A stretch of 22,433 nucleotides of DNA, taken from contig JBHLOY010000025.1 in assembly GCA_048939995.1 (NCBI GenBank), forward strand, positions 1-22,433, written 5' to 3'. This stretch comes from Promethearchaeota archaeon (GTDB lineage: Archaea > Asgardarchaeota > Lokiarchaeia > Sigyniarchaeales > SOKP01). This document shows, one piece after another, positions 17,465 to 22,433 of the stretch (positions within the stretch are counted from its first letter, which is position 1; every line of letters starts with the position of its first letter). The translations under genes were made by a program, and so were the position numbers. The notes beneath the pieces were generated by a model. The model saw only the letters and a program-made list of their open reading frames with translations, ran no database searches and was not told the DNA's origin.

Positions 17465-18667
17465 ATGGATATATTAAAGCTAGTAATTCAGACTACTAAT
17501 TTAATATTTAACTCATTATCCAGATACCCATTTATTCTTTTCATTGTAGGTATAATTTTTGGATATCATTTGGTTCTTAATTTAATGAGAGACACAAAAT
17601 ATGTTAAAAAGATACAAAAACTTCAAGATTCAAATAAATATCTTATTGATGATTTAATTTCAAAACCATTAATTAATTTTATAGTACCTGCATGGAAAGA
17701 AGATCAAGTTTTGAACAAGACTTTAACCAAATTATTAAATTTATCTTATACAAATTATAGAGTTATTATAAACGCGGGGGGTAATCAAGAGACAATTCAA
17801 ATCGCAGATTCTTTTAAAAAATATGATAATTTTCTAATTCTAAAACAACAAGCGGGAAAAGGAAAAATTAGAGCGATTAATGATGCCCTAATTCAAATAG
17901 AAGAAGGAATAGTCTTTTTAATCGATGCTGATGTTCAATTGAACGATCAATTTCTTATAGATATGATTTTTCCTATTATTAATAAAAATGAATTCGTGGT
18001 CACCTCTCATCTTAAGCCTCATCATTCAATAAAGGATAAGGATCTAGTAAAATTTCTTTATACAGATAGAAATAGCAAATTTAGGAAAAAGATGGAAAGA
18101 TATATTGATGTGGTTGGTATAAATACAGCAATGAAATATGAAGTAATTGAAAAAGTAACACAATTTACTGAAGCTAAATTTTCAGATGATAATCGAGTAA
18201 TTGGCAAAGATTTAAGATCAAATGGTTATAAAATCTATTATATTGCTAATTTAATCGGAGAAACTTATAATTATCCTCAAACAATTTCTAATTTTATACC
18301 TCAACAGTTAAGATGGATGGAAAATGCATATTATAGAAGGAGAGAAGAGGGAAAGAAATTTTTTATTATTAAGAAGATTTTAGCCACGTTAATTTCAATT
18401 TATTTAATCATTTTTCCATTCCTCATATTTAACATTAATTTGATAATGATTTGCTTATATATTTTATTCTTTATCTATTTAGAAAAAATAAGAAAAATTA
18501 TTTTCTTTAAAAAAACTGATGCTGTCTCTTTGGAGATCAAATTTGGATTAAAATTTTACCTAAAATTATTTTTTTACATTTATCTTAAAGCAATCTTAAA
18601 CATATTGGTTATAATAGAGATAATTTTCTTTAAAAAGCGATATAAAAAACGAAAAAATATTGAATAG
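17465..18667 (+). CDS. Membrane-embedded glycosyltransferase family 2 with QxxRW motif (hyaluronan/cellulose/PNAG-synthase-like)
   Basis: One N-terminal TM segment; IVPAWKE, GKIRAIN, IDAD (DxD), SDD (in place of TED) and QQLRW (18302-18316); 2-3 C-terminal TM segments. Confidence 0.85.
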   Translation: MDILKLVIQTTNLIFNSLSRYPFILFIVGIIFGYHLVLNLMRDTKYVKKIQKLQDSNKYLIDDLISKPLINFIVPAWKEDQVLNKTLTKLLNLSYTNYRVIINAGGNQETIQIADSFKKYDNFLILKQQAGKGKIRAINDALIQIEEGIVFLIDADVQLNDQFLIDMIFPIINKNEFVVTSHLKPHHSIKDKDLVKFLYTDRNSKFRKKMERYIDVVGINTAMKYEVIEKVTQFTEAKFSDDNRVIGKDLRSNGYKIYYIANLIGETYNYPQTISNFIPQQLRWMENAYYRRREEGKKFFIIKKILATLISIYLIIFPFLIFNINLIMICLYILFFIYLEKIRKIIFFKKTDAVSLEIKFGLKFYLKLFFYIYLKAILNILVIIEIIFFKKRYKKRKNIE

Positions 18668-18699
18668 CATTATCTTCTTTATTACATAAATGAATCGTG

Positions 18700-20010
18700 T
18701 TAACTTTTAAAAATATTTGGTCCTTCTCCTTTCATATAATCGAATTTAGGCTTACCAAATAATTTGAGAATTATAGGTGCAATATCTTTATAATCAATCA
18801 AATCAATCGACCCTTTCTTAACATCTTTACCGTACGCCATAAAAAAACCTCGATTTGTATGACTAAAGACTTCTGTATTTCTTTTCAAGAAATAAGAACA
18901 CTCTTTGAACAAAATATAATTATCCTTAAGGGCAATGAGAAAATCTGGAAAACCTGCTTTATCATATTCATATATATTTTCGATATACTTATCTTTTTTA
19001 AGAACTTCTTTTATTTGTGTTTTTTTCTGCTCATCATCTCCAAATAGAAATAAAGCACCCATATTTGAAGTCAACTTTTGAATGAAGGTTTTTGGTTTTG
19101 TTTTATCAAAGAATTGTAGTTTTCGGTCTTTTTTTCTGTCCACCTCTCTTTTTTCAGCATTAAATAATTTTCGATAGATTCTTTTTGAAACTGATATTGG
19201 CATAAGAGGTCTTATAATATCATATAGTTTCAATATTAGGCTATTGATCCTTTTACCTTTTAAATCGTTTAGAAAAAGTAATCCTCTTTTTTCTAATAAC
19301 CTGGGAAAATATAGAACTTTTTTATAAAACTTCAAACCGTGGTCACTTAGAATCAAAATATTATCAAAATTTTCATATTTAAGTAATTCTCCAAGGAAAT
19401 CATCAATTTTTCCATAACCCAAGTTCATTGCATTTAATATTTCTTTTCTATCCCCTACCACATAATGAGAAATTGAATCTGGAACTCTTATTACATAGAC
19501 AAGCATATTAAAATCTTCTCCCATTTTTTTTAAAAATAAATTCTTCTTAATTTCGAATGCTTTTAAGATTTCTGTGAGATTATTTCCCTCAATTATCCAA
19601 TTATCTTTAATTGCATTTTCTAATTCTTTCGGATAACAAGAAATTGAAGGTGAAAGAATTCCTGTTATCATTTCTCCATTTATTGGCCAAGCAGGGTAAG
19701 TACCGGGGACATTTAAAGCCAATATCTTTAAATCCTTTAAAGAAAATATTGATTTCTCTTTCCATACAAGTGAACTAAACATTCCTTTAATGGGATGAAT
19801 AAAGGTATAATATCCTAAATCTACAACGTCCAAACCCGAAAATAGACATGGCCAAGAGGGTATTGTAGCGTGTGGAACAGTCACTTGAAGAGGGGCACTA
19901 AATCCATTATCAATGATTTTCTTAAAATTCGGGAGTTTATTTTGTTTTACTAGTGGCAAAATACTTTCAAAACAACCTCCATCCATTCCTATAATTATAT
20001 TCTTTATTAT
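18700..20010 (-). CDS. Alkaline-phosphatase superfamily, nucleotide pyrophosphatase/phosphodiesterase-like enzyme
   Basis: (KNIIIG)MDG, TVPHATIPSW (Thr nucleophile), PDSISH, LSDHG and a C-terminal His in FSHT. The conserved first strand lies upstream of ATG 19986, so the start is probably a non-canonical ATA/ATT at 20007-20013. Confidence 0.85.
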   Translation of the reverse strand: MIKNIIIGMDGGCFESILPLVKQNKLPNFKKIIDNGFSAPLQVTVPHATIPSWPCLFSGLDVVDLGYYTFIHPIKGMFSSLVWKEKSIFSLKDLKILALNVPGTYPAWPINGEMITGILSPSISCYPKELENAIKDNWIIEGNNLTEILKAFEIKKNLFLKKMGEDFNMLVYVIRVPDSISHYVVGDRKEILNAMNLGYGKIDDFLGELLKYENFDNILILSDHGLKFYKKVLYFPRLLEKRGLLFLNDLKGKRINSLILKLYDIIRPLMPISVSKRIYRKLFNAEKREVDRKKDRKLQFFDKTKPKTFIQKLTSNMGALFLFGDDEQKKTQIKEVLKKDKYIENIYEYDKAGFPDFLIALKDNYILFKECSYFLKRNTEVFSHTNRGFFMAYGKDVKKGSIDLIDYKDIAPIILKLFGKPKFDYMKGEGPNIFKS

Positions 20011-20013
20011 AAT

Positions 20014-20018
20014 TCACC
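20014..20018 (-). promoter_or_regulatory. Archaeal Shine-Dalgarno GGTGA for the phosphodiesterase-like gene
   Basis: The minus strand reads GGTGA-ATT-ATA-ATA-AAG-AAT-ATA-ATT-ATA-GGA-ATG. Confidence 0.5.
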
Positions 20019-20136
20019 AGATTAAAGGAATAAATTGAGTTTATTAAATTAAATTGATAAAACCTAAAAAAATTTGTTGAAAATAATAGTTTTCATTTTT
20101 TTTAACTAATATTTTTAATTATACTCTCTAACTGAT

Positions 20137-20164
20137 TGAAATGTGATATCATTATCGCATTTCA
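20137..20164. promoter_or_regulatory. 28-bp inverted repeat (operator-like or hairpin) in a divergent intergenic region
   Basis: TGAAATGTGATA-TCAT-TATCGCATTTCA; 11 of 12 positions are complementary and the mismatch would be a G-U pair; followed by T5. Confidence 0.5.
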
Positions 20165-20296
20165 TTTTTAAACCTAAATTTTTAGAAGATCTTAGGAAAA
20201 AAAGAAAAATCTAATAGGTTGCTAATCTTTAATCCAATAATGAAAAAAAGGGATTCCTCTTATAATTAAAAATCATCCTAGTTTTGTGAATGAATT

Positions 20297-21037
20297 ATGA
20301 AGTTGCCTGCTGTATTAAGAAAACTATTCAATATTTTTTATAAAAGGGTATATATAAATATGATATATAAAAATGTAAGCAGAGAAAAAAGCATTCAAGA
20401 TCAAATTGTCCATAACTTTCATAGATTATTTTATAATACAGCCGCATTCAAAGGTACATGGAAAGATATGGAATGGTTAGGTGTAAAACTTTTAAAAAAT
20501 CCTTTTGATTTATGGATTTTTCAAGAAATTATTTTTGATGTAAAACCAGATATAATCATTGAATCTGGCACAAAATTTGGAGGTAGTGCGTTATATCTTG
20601 CTTCAATATGTGATTTAATTGGTAAAGGGAGAATATTATCTATAGATGTAGAAGATTATAAAAATAAACCTGTACATGGCAGGATCAAATACCTTCTTGG
20701 TTCTTCTGTGTCTGAAGAAATTCTACTCCAAGTAAAAAGTGAAATAAGTAGTAATGACAAAGTTTTAGTAATCCTTGATTCTGATCATAGAGAATTGCAT
20801 GTGTTAACTGAATTAAGAAGCTATAGTCCTTTAGTTTCTAAAGATAGTTACATTATTGTTGAGGATACTCATTTAAATGGCCATCCAATAGATCCCCTTT
20901 TTGGTCCAGGCCCTATGGAAGCTGTAATTGAGTTTTTAAAGGGAAATCAAGACTTTATAATAGATAAATCCAAGGAAAAATTATATATGACCTGGAATCC
21001 GAATGGATATCTTAAAAAAATTAAAAGCTCAGAATAA
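20297..21037 (+). CDS. CmcI/cephalosporin-hydroxylase family SAM-dependent (sugar O-)methyltransferase
   Basis: WLGV..LKNPFDLWIFQEII..VKPDIIIESGTKFGGSALYLA, VILDSDH..HV, VEDT, GPMEAV and NPNGYL. Confidence 0.9.
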   Translation: MKLPAVLRKLFNIFYKRVYINMIYKNVSREKSIQDQIVHNFHRLFYNTAAFKGTWKDMEWLGVKLLKNPFDLWIFQEIIFDVKPDIIIESGTKFGGSALYLASICDLIGKGRILSIDVEDYKNKPVHGRIKYLLGSSVSEEILLQVKSEISSNDKVLVILDSDHRELHVLTELRSYSPLVSKDSYIIVEDTHLNGHPIDPLFGPGPMEAVIEFLKGNQDFIIDKSKEKLYMTWNPNGYLKKIKSSE

Positions 21038-21090
21038 AATATAATTTAACTATATTTCAAAAAAATTCTTAAACTGATTTAATTATTAAA

Positions 21091-22433
21091 ATGATGAATG
21101 AAGAGTTAAAGAATAAGACTGTTTTTCTATTAACAATAGATGCGCTTAGAGCAGATCATTTGAAATCCTATGGTTATCATAGAAATACCGCACCAAACAT
21201 GGAACAGTTTATAAGTCAAGGATCTACATTTTTGAATGCAATTTCAAATGGTCCTGAAACCCCTTCTTCATTTTCATCTATCTTTACATCAAAATTACCA
21301 TTTTCTGAAGGTGGTTATAGTCCTCTCCCTCTAAATAAAACAACTCTTCCGCAAATTTTAAAAAAAAATGGTGTTTTCACCTACGGAATTCACAGTAATC
21401 CCCATTTAGGAGCTTTCTTTAACTATAATCAAGGATTTCAAATTTTTCTAGACGGTGAGAGATATAAATTAGAGTTTAATAAACCAACTAAAATAACTCT
21501 CAAAAATCTTCTTTCTCTGAATATAAGAAAATTGCTAAACTTTCGCAACTTATCAAGAAAAATTACATATCGTCTTAGAGCGTTTAACAATATTAAACAT
21601 TTGATCCGAAGTAAATTTCCTTTTTTAACAGAAATATTCTTACCTTTCTTATCTATTGCATATGACGCAAAATATATCACAAGAAAAATCACAACATTTA
21701 TTCAAGATTATAAAGGGCCTTTATTTCTATGGGCTCATTTTATGGATGTGCACAGCCCATTTAATCCGCCTTCTAAAAATATTTTAAATTTTAGAGAATC
21801 TGATATTAGATATCTAAAGAGAGAGTATTTAAATGAATTTGTTAGAGTAAAACCGGGAGAATATAATCCTACCAAGAATTTAATAAACGATTTAAAAGAT
21901 TTATATGATGGTGGAATAAACTTTTTAGATGAATCTTTGGCAAAATTGTTTAAGTTCATTAGAAAAAACTATCAGGAAAATTGCTTATTAATCATTACTG
22001 CTGATCATGGAGAGTCATTTTACGAACATGGATATTTTCATCATACAGGAAGTATTTATGATGAGAATCTAAAAGTTCCACTCTATATCGTTAATTTTGA
22101 TAAAAAACCACAAATTAAAATCATAGATTTAATGGTTCAATTAAGAGATCTTCCTGCTACAATATTAGATTATTTTGGAATTAAGAAACCCCAAGATATC
22201 CAAGGGAAAAGCCTTTTACCACTAATTTATGGAGATTCAGATCAAGGCGAGAAATATGTAATTTCAGAATGTTTTCAGAAAGATGGGAAGATAAAGAGAA
22301 ATCATAAAGAAGGTTATATTTTGTTGTCAATTAGAACTCATAAGTGGAAATACATATTTGACGAAGAAAAGAATTTAGAATATCTATTTAATTTATCAAT
22401 TGATCCTTTAGAAAAAAATAATCTAATTAATAA
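21091..22433 (+). CDS. Sulfatase-like hydrolase/transferase (alkaline-phosphatase superfamily), 3'-truncated; missing from the ORF track
   Basis: Manual translation gives MMNEELKNKTVFLLTIDALRADHL..YGY.R.TAPN, NGPETPSSFSSIFTS, WAHFMDVHSPF, LYDGGI..LD, TADHGE...EHG...H and YLFNLSIDPLEKNNL. I saw no stop before the window end. Confidence 0.92.
   Translation, partial: MMNEELKNKTVFLLTIDALRADHLKSYGYHRNTAPNMEQFISQGSTFLNAISNGPETPSSFSSIFTSKLPFSEGGYSPLPLNKTTLPQILKKNGVFTYGIHSNPHLGAFFNYNQGFQIFLDGERYKLEFNKPTKITLKNLLSLNIRKLLNFRNLSRKITYRLRAFNNIKHLIRSKFPFLTEIFLPFLSIAYDAKYITRKITTFIQDYKGPLFLWAHFMDVHSPFNPPSKNILNFRESDIRYLKREYLNEFVRVKPGEYNPTKNLINDLKDLYDGGINFLDESLAKLFKFIRKNYQENCLLIITADHGESFYEHGYFHHTGSIYDENLKVPLYIVNFDKKPQIKIIDLMVQLRDLPATILDYFGIKKPQDIQGKSLLPLIYGDSDQGEKYVISECFQKDGKIKRNHKEGYILLSIRTHKWKYIFDEEKNLEYLFNLSIDPLEKNNLIN

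Noticed and set aside
20135-20142. ATTGAAAT, resembling a CRISPR repeat 3' end
   Set aside because: There are no regularly spaced repeats, spacers or cas genes.
20297-21037. Cephalosporin/antibiotic biosynthesis implied by the CmcI family name
   Set aside because: No beta-lactam genes are nearby. The family includes sugar O-methyltransferases, which fits the glycan context.
1583-21959. Short opposite-strand ORFs in the track (1583-1801, 3237-3524, 11637-11849, 15974-16183, 16917-17117, 18859-19047, 21438-21692, 21735-21959)
   Set aside because: All lie wholly inside well-supported genes on the other strand and have no recognisable motifs. The last two shadow the sulfatase-like CDS that the track missed.
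1-22433. tRNA/rRNA genes, SECIS-linked selenoprotein, IS elements or integrase
   Set aside because: There is no GC-rich structured stretch in the intergenic regions, no in-frame TGA interrupting a conserved domain, and no transposase/integrase motifs or terminal repeats.

Overview
A very AT-rich, gene-dense window with archaeal hallmarks: an archaeal-type IleRS (HLGT/KMSKS), a split transketolase, GGTGA/GAGG ribosome-binding sites, TATA-like promoters and oligo-T terminators. A 5'-truncated gene carries a eukaryote-like UBC/RWD-fold + RING architecture, which points (by inference) to an Asgard archaeon, probably Lokiarchaeia. There are three blocks. (1) The RWD/UBC-RING gene and ileS, the latter with an unusual C-terminal Cys4 insertion. 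(2) A tight eight-gene + strand operon joining D-glycero-D-manno-heptose enzymes (hddA, gmhA, gmhB) to the non-oxidative pentose phosphate enzymes that make their substrate sedoheptulose-7-P (tal, split tkt, rpe). It includes an intact but apparently catalytically dead RfaE/HldE-type heptose kinase and has no heptose nucleotidyltransferase. (3) A mixed-orientation surface-glycan locus: flippase, GT4, QxxRW-type GT2, two PAPS-dependent sulfotransferases (one heparan-sulfate 3-O-ST-like), a pyruvyltransferase, two methyltransferases and two Thr-nucleophile alkaline-phosphatase-superfamily enzymes, the last running off the window end. I found no RNA genes, CRISPR arrays or mobile elements. All family calls come from motif reading, not database searches.
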